This document shows, piece by piece, positions 30,963 to 40,862 of a stretch of DNA of 64,000 nucleotides. The translations under genes were made by a program, and so were the position numbers. Numbering within the stretch: position 1 is the stretch's first letter; each line of letters opens with the position of its first letter. The stretch spans positions 143,277-207,276 of the forward strand of contig CAWEAS010000012.1 of NCBI GenBank assembly GCA_963807015.1. The letters run 5' to 3'. Source of the DNA: an uncultured Alphaproteobacteria bacterium (GTDB lineage: Bacteria > Pseudomonadota > Alphaproteobacteria > Rhizobiales > Xanthobacteraceae). The notes beneath the pieces were generated by a model. It was given only the letters and a program-made list of their open reading frames with translations, did no database searches and was not told the origin of the DNA.

Positions 30963-33038
30963 ATGGATCGGATTTTGCAATTGCTGGGCGATGCCGGAAA
31001 CATCGGTGCCTGGCTCGTCGTCCTTGGCGTTCTTATCGTCCTGCTCGTCATTTGGCGATCGACGTGGACTATTGGACCAACTGAGGTTGGCCTCGTGCGC
31101 AAGCGCTTCAGCTTCCGCAAGAATCAGAACGGAGGTCCGGTCGCCTTCAACGGCGAAGCCGGATATCAGGCCGACCTGCTGATGGCCGGGTTGCGATTCA
31201 AGCTGTGGCCACTCTACACCGTGACCCGCCATCCAATGGTCCAAATTCCGGCTGGGCACATCGGTGTTGTGGTCGCGCAGGTCGGCGAACCGTTGCCGAT
31301 CGGTTCGAAGTCGGCCGACTTCAAGACCGAGTTCGGCAACTTCCAGGATATCCGCGCCTTCGTGCGCAACGGTGGTCAGAAGGGCGTGCAGCGCCTGGTC
31401 CTGCCGCCCGGCACCGTTGCGCCTATTCATCCGGTCGGCTTCATCGTGATCGGCAAGACGCGGGTCTACGGTATCCCGGTCGCCGAGGAATATGCGCGCA
31501 TCGCGCGCACCGAAGGTCTGTCGCCGCAATCGTTCGGATTGCAGCCGGAACAACTCAACGTCGTCCGCATCGAGCCCCGAAAGTTCGAGGATCGCGATGG
31601 CAAGGGCAAGATCGTCGACATGATCGGCATCGTGACGACACTCGAAGGCATTCCGCTACCCAAGGGCGCGATAGCCAACCGTCTCGGCGACTTCAACGAC
31701 ATCACTGAACTTGAATTGCGCCAAAGCACCAAGGACAGCGATCTCGTCGAGGCCATTTTGTCGGTCAAGAACGAGGTCCACAACAACTATCAGGACTTCC
31801 AAACCTTCCTCGACAAGGGCGGCCGGATCGGTCTCCAACACGATCCACTGCTCTACGGCGCCTACAACCTCAACCCATTTCTGGTGAGCGTCGAGATGGT
31901 ACCGATGCTCGTCGTCAATCAGGGCGAGGTCGCCGTGGTCAAGGCGTATGTCGGCCTCGCCACCGAAGACACCTCGGGCGCGGAGTTCAAATTCGGCTCA
32001 CTGGTTCGGCCAGGCCATCGCGGTATCTGGGAAGAGCCGCTGCGAACCGGCAAGTACGCGATAAATCCGAGGTGCTACAACGTCGAGATCGTTCCGACCT
32101 TCATTTTGACGCTGAACTGGGCCGACGCGAACTCGTCTGCCCATAATCTGGATCGCGATCTCAAGCAGATTGTCGCAAAGTCGAAGGAAGGCTTCGTGTT
32201 CAACATCGACCTTCAAGTCCAAATCCATGTGCCTGACACCGAAGCTCCGAAGGTGATCTCGATCGTCGGCACCATGTTCAACCTCGTCAACGAGGTGCTG
32301 CAGGCGGCGGTCGGCAATCACTTCCGCGACAAGTTGCAAAGCATGCCGGCGATCGACTTCATCGAAAAGCGTCAGGATGTCCAGCAGCAGGCACAGGAGC
32401 ACATCGCCTCAAAGCTCCAGGAATACAGAGTCGAAACGCGCGGCGTTTACATTCAGGATGTGGTGTTTCCGACTCAGCTTGTCGAAGTTCTCACCGCGCG
32501 AGAAGTCGCCAATCAGCAGCGCGCAACTTACAATGCCGAGAAGGAGGCGCAGGACAAGCGGCTCGATCTCGAAGCTTCGCGCGGCAAGGCGGACATGCAG
32601 TCCGAGCTCGCCAAGTCGACGGTCGGCATCGATATCGCGAAGAACAAAGCGTCCGCCGTCCAGGCTGAAGCGGACGGCGAATCCTATCGCCTTGAGAAAG
32701 TCGGCCGGGCGAGTGCGGTGAAAACCGAAGCCGAAGGCCTCGCGATTGCAAAGGGCCTCGAAGCGCAGCAGTTCGCGATCGGCAAGGAGCAGACCATGGC
32801 AGTCAACATCGCCAAGGAACTTGCGTCCGGCGCGCAGCGGTTCATGCCGCAGAACCTCGCCCTCACGATCGGAGAAGGAGGCAGCGTCTCAAGCTTCAAC
32901 GGCCTCGTTCCATTGATCATGCGATTTCTGCAAAGTCGTGAATCGCCCGCGAACCCAGCTTCGAGCCCATCGCAACCGGCGGCCACTCCGTTACCGGCGC
33001 CGCCGACTAACTCCGGCCGACCGAGACCTCAATCGTAA
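30963..33038 (+). CDS. SPFH/band-7 flotillin-like protein
   Basis: N-terminal TM segment, SPFH domain, long C-terminal coiled coil with A/E/Q-rich flotillin-type repeats, P/S-rich tail. GAGGA RBS before the ATG at 30963. Confidence 0.65.
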   Translation: MDRILQLLGDAGNIGAWLVVLGVLIVLLVIWRSTWTIGPTEVGLVRKRFSFRKNQNGGPVAFNGEAGYQADLLMAGLRFKLWPLYTVTRHPMVQIPAGHIGVVVAQVGEPLPIGSKSADFKTEFGNFQDIRAFVRNGGQKGVQRLVLPPGTVAPIHPVGFIVIGKTRVYGIPVAEEYARIARTEGLSPQSFGLQPEQLNVVRIEPRKFEDRDGKGKIVDMIGIVTTLEGIPLPKGAIANRLGDFNDITELELRQSTKDSDLVEAILSVKNEVHNNYQDFQTFLDKGGRIGLQHDPLLYGAYNLNPFLVSVEMVPMLVVNQGEVAVVKAYVGLATEDTSGAEFKFGSLVRPGHRGIWEEPLRTGKYAINPRCYNVEIVPTFILTLNWADANSSAHNLDRDLKQIVAKSKEGFVFNIDLQVQIHVPDTEAPKVISIVGTMFNLVNEVLQAAVGNHFRDKLQSMPAIDFIEKRQDVQQQAQEHIASKLQEYRVETRGVYIQDVVFPTQLVEVLTAREVANQQRATYNAEKEAQDKRLDLEASRGKADMQSELAKSTVGIDIAKNKASAVQAEADGESYRLEKVGRASAVKTEAEGLAIAKGLEAQQFAIGKEQTMAVNIAKELASGAQRFMPQNLALTIGEGGSVSSFNGLVPLIMRFLQSRESPANPASSPSQPAATPLPAPPTNSGRPRPQS

Positions 33039-33051
33039 TGGCAAGGCGCGG

Positions 33052-33074
33052 CGGCCACGCGATGAGGCCGCCGC
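33052..33074 (+). terminator. candidate hairpin GGCGGCC-n9-GGCCGCC downstream of the flotillin-like gene
   Basis: 7-bp GC-rich inverted repeat 14 nt after the stop codon. No T-tract. Confidence 0.3.
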
Positions 33075-33170
33075 GCTGATGCGGCGTCGTTCGGGAGAAA
33101 CGCCATTATCCAATGGCCGCTTAATGCCATTGCGCAAGCGGCCCATCGCCTTTATTAATCTTCCAGGAAC

Positions 33171-33207
33171 GGCCACGTGGCGGAGTGGTTACGCAGCGGT
33201 CTGCAAA
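33171..33207 (+). repeat. 37-nt direct repeat identical to the 5' half of tRNA-Cys (acceptor stem through anticodon loop); candidate att-site remnant
   Basis: GGCCACGTGGCGGAGTGGTTACGCAGCGGTCTGCAAA is identical to 36063..36099. Sequence diverges immediately on both sides. Confidence 0.7.
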
Positions 33208-33331
33208 GCTGCCCATTCCCCCAATGATGCCAATGTCCGTTCCGAAAAATCCGTGAATTGGCACCCGTTATCGGACAAGTGCTTAGCAATGGTTTCGGAA
33301 CGTCTTTGCTCGCCGGGGGCGTGAGGCGATT

Positions 33332-33997
33332 TTGATCGATCCGGTGATTTCAGGAGCAGTTAAGCCCATCTCAGTACCGCGCATTTCCTTCGCCGACCTG
33401 ATGGAAACCGCGAGATCACTGCCGCCGGAGGTCCGCGCCGATCCGACCCGCCTGACTATCACGATGGCGGTGAGTGTGATCCGTCACTTCTTCGGCCGCG
33501 ATTGGTGCGAGCAGCATATCATCCAAGACGCCGAACATCCTCGTGCGCCTGGGTTTCTCCGGTTCGACTTCACGCGGGGGTTCGAGGGCCAGCGCAAGAC
33601 CTCGCGCATCCTCGACTTTGCCGAGATGCTGTTCAACCTCCAGCACATCGACGGCTTCGATGACCGCGTCAGGCAGATGCGCGGCGGACAAATCGAGGCG
33701 ACGTTCGCAGAATTTGACTTCGCGCGCTTCCTCTACCTTCACGACGTCCCGTTCAAGTTCGTCACGCCCGCCCGGCACCGGAGGGACCGAGGCCTGCAAC
33801 CACAGGCGGGAATGCGGCACGCTCAAAGCCAGCGGACGAGACGTCGGCGTGATCCTGATCGAGGAAGGGCTCGCGGTGCCGTTCGTGTACGAGGCGACGC
33901 GATGCCCGAAGACGCCGAGACCGTGGTGCGGTCCGCGATGATGATTGCGCCGAAGCAGAACGGCGACCATCAGCGCGCGGTGGTTCGGCCCGGGTAG
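33332..33997 (+). CDS. hypothetical protein, probably degraded or frameshifted
   Basis: The first ~150 aa look protein-like. The remainder is Arg-rich read-through. A second frame (33543..33941) carries a plausible continuation GRDVGVILIEEGLAVPFVYEATR. Confidence 0.3.
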   Translation: MIDPVISGAVKPISVPRISFADLMETARSLPPEVRADPTRLTITMAVSVIRHFFGRDWCEQHIIQDAEHPRAPGFLRFDFTRGFEGQRKTSRILDFAEMLFNLQHIDGFDDRVRQMRGGQIEATFAEFDFARFLYLHDVPFKFVTPARHRRDRGLQPQAGMRHAQSQRTRRRRDPDRGRARGAVRVRGDAMPEDAETVVRSAMMIAPKQNGDHQRAVVRPG

Positions 33998-34172
33998 CCG
34001 ACGCGCACCCGCACACCGCGCTTACAGCGATGCGGCTACGGCTACTTATTGTTAAGCTTGTCAACAGCGCACGACCTCGTGAAGGCGTTTTCCCGACGCT
34101 GTGGCGCAAATGTCACGGCCTTTGCCGTACTCCTATGCTACCGATGGCAAGTGCTCGGGAGGGACAGGGATT

Positions 34173-34985
34173 ATGAGGAGCAGTTTTCTGTTGAGCGTTG
34201 CGGGTCTCGCCGCTTTGATTTCGTCGTCGGCCGGAGCCGCCGACTTAGCCAGGCCCGCTCCGATGCCGTATGTGGCGCCCGTCGCTGTTGGTCCGAGTTG
34301 GACCGGATTATACATCGGCTTCAACGGTGGCTGGGGCTGGTCGAACTATACGGTCTCTGAAGCTCCGTTTGGAGCGACGGCCATTGCGGACGTTCTTCCG
34401 CAAGCTCTCGCCAGCAGCAACAATGGCGCCGTCTTCGGCGGGCAGATCGGCTACAACTGGCAAATCAATAGCTGGTTGATCGGCATCGAGGGCGATTGGG
34501 ACGGCACGAGCATCACTGGCAACCAGGCGGTGGTGTTTCCGAGCATCCTCGGCGGCCCAGGCACCACGAATAGCTTCACGACCCACGACAACGTCACGTC
34601 GCTCGCCAGCATCCGCGGCCGCCTTGGCTACGTCTGGGGCCCCGCGATGCTCTACTTCACCGGCGGCGGCGCTTGGGAGAGCGTCGATACCAACACCACA
34701 ATCAGCGCCAACACCGCGCTTGGCATCTTTGGGCAGTCGGCAGCCGCAACCTTCACTAATACACGCTCCGGCTGGGTCCTTGGCGGCGGTGTCGAATGGA
34801 TGGCATCGCCGAGCTGGCTGCTCCGGGCCGAGTACCTGCACTACGATTTCAGTGGTGCGAACACGAACACCCTCGGCATTGCCAACTGTGCCGTGCCAGG
34901 TTGCGGCGTCACAGTGACAACGGCGAGCAATAGCATTGACGTAGTCCGCTTAGGCGCGAGCTATAAGCTCGATTTGTTCCGCTAA
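34173..34985 (+). CDS. porin-family outer-membrane beta-barrel protein (Omp25/RopB-like)
   Basis: Signal peptide MRSSFLLSVAGLAALISSSAGAA. Paralog of 385..1128 and 36302..37063, sharing the SWTGLYIGFNGGWGW motif. Confidence 0.75.
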   Translation: MRSSFLLSVAGLAALISSSAGAADLARPAPMPYVAPVAVGPSWTGLYIGFNGGWGWSNYTVSEAPFGATAIADVLPQALASSNNGAVFGGQIGYNWQINSWLIGIEGDWDGTSITGNQAVVFPSILGGPGTTNSFTTHDNVTSLASIRGRLGYVWGPAMLYFTGGGAWESVDTNTTISANTALGIFGQSAAATFTNTRSGWVLGGGVEWMASPSWLLRAEYLHYDFSGANTNTLGIANCAVPGCGVTVTTASNSIDVVRLGASYKLDLFR

Positions 34986-35201
34986 ACCAAATCTGTCCCC
35001 TAGGTTCTCACCGATCTCCAGGCTCAGGGGATGCGATCTTTGAAGCCGCCGGGAAACTCTGGCGGCTTCATTGCTGTCGGGCTCCGCTCCCACGCAAAAC
35101 GCCAGCGCGTACGAGCCATCGATCGACGCCACCGCGCTGCGCCCCGGTCGATGATGTAGCGCGCCCCCTCGCGCTTCACGTCGAGGCGCCGTCCGATCTC
35201 T

Positions 35202-35591
35202 TTAAGATGCACTCCCTCCAGAACTTGCAAGACCCGCGCTGATTTGCTGAAGCCTGCTCGCGCTGATCCGATTGATGCCGGCTTCGTACTTCTGGAACTG
35301 CTGGTAGGTGACACCGAGTTTTTGCGCGACGTCGTCCTGGCTCATGTCGAGCGCCGTTCTTCGCGTGCGCACCCGAGCGCCAACGTGACGATCGATCGAG
35401 GACGCACGGTGCTCCGCAGAGCCCGCCCTATTGTTGCGCCTCTTCCCCTGGCCTCCCATCATTTTCTCCAGAAATCCTTGAACCGCGTCGGCGACAGCTC
35501 CGTGTACCGCACGGTATGCTGGATGTTGCGATGGCCAAGATAAGCTTGGAGCGAGCGCGTGTCGTGGCCTGCGTTGGCTGGAAGACGTCAT
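35202..35591 (-). CDS. XRE-family helix-turn-helix protein (start uncertain)
   Basis: HTH segment [41 protein letters not shown]. An overlapping second frame (35024..35314) may be a frameshifted continuation. Confidence 0.45.
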   Translation of the reverse strand: MTSSSQRRPRHALAPSLSWPSQHPAYRAVHGAVADAVQGFLEKMMGGQGKRRNNRAGSAEHRASSIDRHVGARVRTRRTALDMSQDDVAQKLGVTYQQFQKYEAGINRISASRLQQISAGLASSGGSAS

Positions 35592-35604
35592 CGCTGGCGA
35601 GACA

Positions 35605-35988
35605 GTGAAATTCTACGAGGACGGCGAGACGGTGCTGGCGCAAGTGCCGCGCCGCGGCGTTCCAATGATCCTCAAGCCGCGACGCGATGGCACCAGTGAG
35701 CCCTACTCTGCCATGATCATGGCTCGCGTCGTTCGCAAAGTGCGCGATCTCGCTGGCCTCCCACCATGGTTCACGCTCAACAGCTGTCGCCACGGCGGAA
35801 TGACAGAGCTGGAAGAAGCCGAGCTGACCGACGGACAAGGACGTGCGCTGTCGGCGCACCGCAGTAAGGCATACGAGGGCTACGCCAAACGGACATTCGA
35901 GCGCGCGCTCGCCGCTACGCGCAAGCGCCACGCGCACCGCGTCGCGAACGACGGTGGAACGGAATTTCGGAATGACCGCGGAACTTGA
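35605..35988 (+). pseudogene. tyrosine recombinase/phage integrase, C-terminal fragment only
   Basis: C-terminal catalytic region RHGGMTEL ... HRSKAYEGYAKRT (R-H-R-Y-like). N-terminal and core-binding domains absent. Lies 75 nt upstream of tRNA-Cys. Confidence 0.55.
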
Positions 35989-36062
35989 CTTCGGAATGAC
36001 GTGTAGAAGAACAAAACAGCATTGCCTAACGCCCTGACTGTCTATAAGAAATCGCGCTTAGG

Positions 36063-36136
36063 GGCCACGTGGCGGAGTGGTTACGCAGCGGTCTGCAAAA
36101 CCGTTTACACCAGTTCAATTCTGGTCGTGGCCTCCA
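36063..36136 (+). tRNA. tRNA-Cys (GCA)
   Basis: 74 nt. Acceptor GGCCACG/CGTGGCC, anticodon loop CTGCAAA, T-loop GTTCAATTC, discriminator U plus encoded CCA. Close to the enterobacterial tRNA-Cys layout. Confidence 0.9.
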
Positions 36137-36301
36137 GTAGATATTTCAATGACTTAGTTGGGGTCGGCGGGCGGGCCCCACATGCGGTGTGCAGGCGCGA
36201 TCAGCCTCAAAATCTTTCGTATTGTTGCGGCCAAGTCACAGCTTGGGTGGGTGATCCGCGGGTATGCTGTTTCGGGGCGTCGCGATCTGCCGAACTGTCC
36301 A

Positions 36302-37063
36302 ATGAAGAAGATCATCATTGCAGCCGCCGCTTTCGCAACTCTGACGGCCGGGCGAGCCATGGCCGCCGACGTATTGCCCGTGGCTTACGGCGCGCCACCC
36401 CCGCCGATTTACGTGTACAATTGGACTGGCTTCTACGTCGGCGCACAATTTGGCGGCGGTTGGAATACCACCAATTGGTTCGAAGACTTCACGACATCCG
36501 GATCCGGCGGCTTCGCAGGTCCGGGTTTCCTTGATGGCACCGTCAACGCATCAGGCGTTCTCGCTGGTGGCCAGATCGGATTCGATTACCAACTCGGCTG
36601 GGCCGTGTGGGGCCTGCAAGCGGAGGGCGGTTGGGCGAACATCACCGGTAACACAGGCTGCTTTGGGGAAGTCATCGGTACGACGCAGGGCTGTACCCAG
36701 TCGGTCAGCGCGCTTGGAACGATAACGGGTCGCGTTGGCGCATCATATAACAACTTTCTGTTCTATTTTTCGACCGGTGCCGCCTGGCAACATGAGCAGT
36801 TGCAGAATATCTGCGTCGCAGGGTGTGCGCCGCCGGTCTTTTCGGTCTCGGGCTTGGCTTGGGGATGGACCATCGGCGTCGGCCTCGAATATGCTTTTGC
36901 CAGAGATTGGTCAGCGTTTCTGCAGTACAATTACATGGGCTTCGGCACCCGCGATCTGTCCTTTGGCGGATTTTTCTCTGAAAACATTTCTGAGAACGTG
37001 AATATCGTAAAGGTCGGCGTCAACTACAGATTCGGATGGCGACCAGGGCCGATAGGATATTAG
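36302..37063 (+). CDS. porin-family outer-membrane beta-barrel protein (Omp25/RopB-like)
   Basis: Signal peptide MKKIIIAAAAFATLTAGRAMA. NWTGFYVGAQFGGGW motif. Third paralog. Confidence 0.75.
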   Translation: MKKIIIAAAAFATLTAGRAMAADVLPVAYGAPPPPIYVYNWTGFYVGAQFGGGWNTTNWFEDFTTSGSGGFAGPGFLDGTVNASGVLAGGQIGFDYQLGWAVWGLQAEGGWANITGNTGCFGEVIGTTQGCTQSVSALGTITGRVGASYNNFLFYFSTGAAWQHEQLQNICVAGCAPPVFSVSGLAWGWTIGVGLEYAFARDWSAFLQYNYMGFGTRDLSFGGFFSENISENVNIVKVGVNYRFGWRPGPIGY

Positions 37064-37064
37064 C

Positions 37065-39185
37065 TCATCCTGCTTTGACCGTCACCTCTTGGGGACCGAA
37101 GACCCCTCCCCGCTCGGTCATTTCGAGGTGCCGGGCGTGGAACGCAGCGAGCGTCGCGCGGTGGCCGATCGACACGATCGTGGCTTTCGGTAGCCTTTCC
37201 GCCAAAGCGCGATAGAGATCGGCCTCCAGCTTTTCGTCGACTGCCGACGTTGACTCGTCGAGGAACAGCCAGTCGGGTCGCGCGAGAAGCGCACGTGCGA
37301 TGGCGATGCGCTGCTGTTCGCCGCCGGACAAACGCTGCGACCAAACTTCCTCGCGATCGAGCTGGCCGACAAGATTGCCGAGATGCGCGTCCGCGAGCGC
37401 CTGGCGAATCTCGTCATCCGAATAAGTGCCGGGCACCGCTGGATAGCTGACTGCTGCGCGCAGCGCGGCGATTGGGATGTAAGGCTTCTGCGGCACGACC
37501 ATGACGTTGGCGCCTTCGGGCACGAGAATGCGGCCTTGACCGTAGGGCCAAATTCCCGAGATGGCGCGGAACAACGTCGACTTCCCGGATCCCGAAGGCC
37601 CGCTCAGTAACACGCCTTCACCGCCGGCAAAGACCAGCTTTTCCACGTCGATGATATGTCGCCCGTCCGGCAGATTGATGCCCACATGATCAAGCGCAAC
37701 TCGCCGGCTATCCGCGGGCGTCGCGACGTGCGCGGGCCCCCTGCCCTCGAGTGTGCTCGCGTCGGCAACCGCTTGATCGAAAGATACCAATCGGTCCACC
37801 ACCGACTTAAACCCTGCGAGCGACATGTAGTAGGTGATGAAGAATGTCAGCGCGCTGGCAACCTGGCCAAAGTTGACGGCGGTCTGCGTCATGACGCCAA
37901 GCTCGATCTTACCGGCAAAATAGAACGGCGCCGTGAAAATAAACGGAATGATCGGCGACAACTGGCCGTGCACGGACGTGAAAGCCAACAACTTCGTGCG
38001 TCGAATGACGAGGGCAATGAAATTGTTGATCACGGCCATGAAGCGCTCGCTGAGCGACATCTCCTCTGCCGCCTCGCCGCCAAGCAACGCAACCTGCTCG
38101 GTGTATTCACGCAAGCGCGCAAGCGAGAAACGAAAATCAGCTTCGACCTGCTGACGTTGGAAATAGATGCGGATCAGCGGTCGACCGATAAGGTGCGTAA
38201 TCAGTGTACCGCTCGCGGCATAGATCATGGCGACCCAAAACAAAAAACCGGGAAACACCATGTCCGTGCCTGGCAGCGTGAATACGGGCGACATGTCCCA
38301 CAACACGATTGAGAACGACACGAGTGTCGTCAGCGTTGAGATTAAAAGGATCGAATATGAATAGAGCCCGTAGGCCGTCGTGGTGCCGTCCTCACCACCG
38401 TCGATGAAGCGGTTGATGTCCTCGGAAATGCGTTGGTCCGGGTTGTCCGCTTGAATGCCGACCAGACTGATGCGGTAATGGACGTGATTGTCGAGCCAGC
38501 GAGCGACAAAATGCTTGGTCAACGAGCGCCGCCAGCGAACGACCAGCATCGAGTGCACGACGAACTCCACGACCTGGCTTGTCACGTAGACCATGGCCCA
38601 GGGTGTGAAGACGAACAGCAGCAGTTGCCAGAACGTGGCAGCGTCCCGGTTTTGGATGGCGTTGAACCAGTCACGATTGAAAAACGAGATTCGCAACAGA
38701 ATCGCGACCTGAGTTTGATTGACGAGCACCAGGAAGATGACCATTGCGGTTGCGATGCGATGTTCCGCGGCGGTAAACGCCGGCAGCGGCCAGATGCGCG
38801 CCCGGCCGGTTTCGCGGGTGTCGAAATAGCGATCGGCGATCATCATCATCTGCCGCACCATCGGGATGCGAGCGACAACGCAGACCAATATGGAGAAAAT
38901 CGCAACGGTCAGGGGCAGCGAAGGCGGAAGCTTGTATTCCTCGTAGCCCTGAGGCCAAAGCCCGACCGTGTCCGCGAGCAACGCCAAGCCGAACACGATC
39001 GTTTCAGTCAGAAAGATGCCGGCAAAGATTTGCAGGAAGCTCGATATCGCCGGCGATACGAAGGCCGCGGCGGCCGCGATCAGTGCGGTTGCACCAAGAA
39101 GTCCCAACATCCAGTCGGCGGCGTATCCCGCCCGCACAAGCGTAAGAACTCCGAAGAGCGCGACGCCAAGGCTCAATTGTCTCAT
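37065..39185 (-). CDS. ABC transporter permease/ATP-binding fusion, ABCD/SbmA-BacA-related TM domain (YddA/BclA-like), with N-terminal extension
   Basis: DNPDQRISEDI signature of the ABC_membrane_2 TM domain. Walker A GPSGSGKST, LSGGEQQRIAIARAL, and Walker B LFLDESTSAVD. Extra ~150-aa N-terminal hydrophobic region. Confidence 0.8.
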   Translation of the reverse strand: MRQLSLGVALFGVLTLVRAGYAADWMLGLLGATALIAAAAAFVSPAISSFLQIFAGIFLTETIVFGLALLADTVGLWPQGYEEYKLPPSLPLTVAIFSILVCVVARIPMVRQMMMIADRYFDTRETGRARIWPLPAFTAAEHRIATAMVIFLVLVNQTQVAILLRISFFNRDWFNAIQNRDAATFWQLLLFVFTPWAMVYVTSQVVEFVVHSMLVVRWRRSLTKHFVARWLDNHVHYRISLVGIQADNPDQRISEDINRFIDGGEDGTTTAYGLYSYSILLISTLTTLVSFSIVLWDMSPVFTLPGTDMVFPGFLFWVAMIYAASGTLITHLIGRPLIRIYFQRQQVEADFRFSLARLREYTEQVALLGGEAAEEMSLSERFMAVINNFIALVIRRTKLLAFTSVHGQLSPIIPFIFTAPFYFAGKIELGVMTQTAVNFGQVASALTFFITYYMSLAGFKSVVDRLVSFDQAVADASTLEGRGPAHVATPADSRRVALDHVGINLPDGRHIIDVEKLVFAGGEGVLLSGPSGSGKSTLFRAISGIWPYGQGRILVPEGANVMVVPQKPYIPIAALRAAVSYPAVPGTYSDDEIRQALADAHLGNLVGQLDREEVWSQRLSGGEQQRIAIARALLARPDWLFLDESTSAVDEKLEADLYRALAERLPKATIVSIGHRATLAAFHARHLEMTERGGVFGPQEVTVKAG

Positions 39186-39338
39186 GGAATTTTCCGGGCT
39201 GGATTCGATCCGATCGAAGCCCGGCAAGCTAGCACAGCGGCAGCGGCAAAGTGGTGTCCGGCGCCCGACCACCGCGAGGCAGCGCCTCAAAGTGGAAAGT
39301 ATTGCGGGAAAGCCCTAAGAGAACTGTGCAAGCACGGG

Positions 39339-39590
39339 TTAGCGTCTATCAGCTTTTTCAGCTAGCGCGGCACGGCCAGCTTTGGTCACCTTCCAGGTCA
39401 TAACGGCAGGATCGGTATCCTTATCTGGCTCAATGAGCTTTTTGCGCTGCAAGCTCAGGATGGCGGCGTAGGTCGTCGCGAGCGTCTCGACGGAACTTTT
39501 GGGGAACCTCAGACGGCTGTCATGGTCCTTGACCGCAGCTGCAAGCAGCTCGCGTTGCAGATCAGCAGTCAGATTGCGCTTCGTAGCCAT
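39339..39590 (-). CDS. small hypothetical protein
   Basis: 83 aa from MATKRNLTADLQRELL (104 aa from the track start). No recognisable motif. Confidence 0.35.
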   Translation of the reverse strand: MATKRNLTADLQRELLAAAVKDHDSRLRFPKSSVETLATTYAAILSLQRKKLIEPDKDTDPAVMTWKVTKAGRAALAEKADRR

Positions 39591-39833
39591 TTGTTGCACT
39601 CCGCGACCTATGGGTATAGGTACTCGCGGCTGCGGTTCATCCCTAAGCGTCAAGTATTTGCAAATGCATAGTTAATTGCGGTATCCGCGACTTCCAAAAT
39701 GCCGAGGGCAGCGCGATGCTTGTCGCCGGCCGACGGAATATGCAAGAAGTCGGCTGAGGTCACCCAAGTCTCTCGCTAATTGGGCTCGGTACAGGCGCTA
39801 TCGGCTACCGCCATTCTTTGAGAACCAAACACC

Positions 39834-40859
39834 ATGAAATTTGGCCTCTTCGGCAGTGCTCAGGCGAAGCGCGGTGGCGCGGATGTCGATAGTGCACAAG
39901 GCTTCAAGGATTTCGTCGAATACAACGTCGAAGCGGAGGCGCTCGGGTATCACAGCACCTTCGTGGTCGAGCATCACTTCACCGGCTTCGGTCAGGTCTC
40001 GGCGAGCCTCAACCTATTGACCTGGGTAGCGGCGCGAACGTCGCACCTGCGGCTCGGCACCGCCGTCGTGGTGCTGCCTTGGCACAATCCGGTCCTTTTG
40101 GCCGAACAAGCTGCGACCATCGACCTGATGTCGAACGGCCGGCTAGAGTTTGGCGTCGGCAAGGGATATCGCCACAACGAATTTGCGAGCTTCTGCATTC
40201 CGGTCGCCGAAGCCGACGAGCGCTTCGAGGAAGGGCTTGCCCTGATCCTCAAGTCATGGACCTCGGAAGAGCGCTTTTCCCATCACGGCAAATACTGGCA
40301 TTTCGAGAATATCATTGTTGAACCGCCGACAGCGCAGAAACCGCATCCTCCGATCTGGATGGCCGCAGGTAGTCCGGACTCTATAAAAAAGGTAGCCGCA
40401 CGCGGCTACGGATTGATGCTCGATCAGTTCGCTCCGCCCGAAGCGATCTTCCAGCGCTTCGATCTGTTCAAGGCCGAGGTCGAAAAGCAGGGCCGCATAT
40501 TCGATCCCATGACGGTTGCCGCCGCGCGCGCCTATTATGTTGCGAGGGACGCTGCCGACAAAGCCAAGGCGGTCGAGAACCGGCTCGCTGCGGTCCAACG
40601 CATGAACAATCTCGCTCAGACTCCTTCGGGCGACAACAATTCGAGCATGATGAGCTTCGCCGACACCCGCGAAGCTGGCGAGCAGTCCGCCTTGTTCGGG
40701 ACACCGGACGAGATTGCTCGCAAGCTAGAAATGCTGCGAGCGCATGGCATTGCCAACATTCTCCTCAATGGCCCTGGCTCGCGCGAGCACCTGCGCCGCT
40801 TCGCCCGCGATGTCATGCCGGCATTTGCCGCGAACGCCGACATACGAGCCGCCGAATAG
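39834..40859 (+). CDS. LLM-class (luciferase-like) flavin-dependent oxidoreductase
   Basis: MKFGLF...HHF start, and the TIM-barrel LLM motifs VVVLPWHNPVLLAEQAATIDLMSNGRLEFGVG. Confidence 0.8.
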   Translation: MKFGLFGSAQAKRGGADVDSAQGFKDFVEYNVEAEALGYHSTFVVEHHFTGFGQVSASLNLLTWVAARTSHLRLGTAVVVLPWHNPVLLAEQAATIDLMSNGRLEFGVGKGYRHNEFASFCIPVAEADERFEEGLALILKSWTSEERFSHHGKYWHFENIIVEPPTAQKPHPPIWMAAGSPDSIKKVAARGYGLMLDQFAPPEAIFQRFDLFKAEVEKQGRIFDPMTVAAARAYYVARDAADKAKAVENRLAAVQRMNNLAQTPSGDNNSSMMSFADTREAGEQSALFGTPDEIARKLEMLRAHGIANILLNGPGSREHLRRFARDVMPAFAANADIRAAE

Positions 40860-40862
40860 TTC

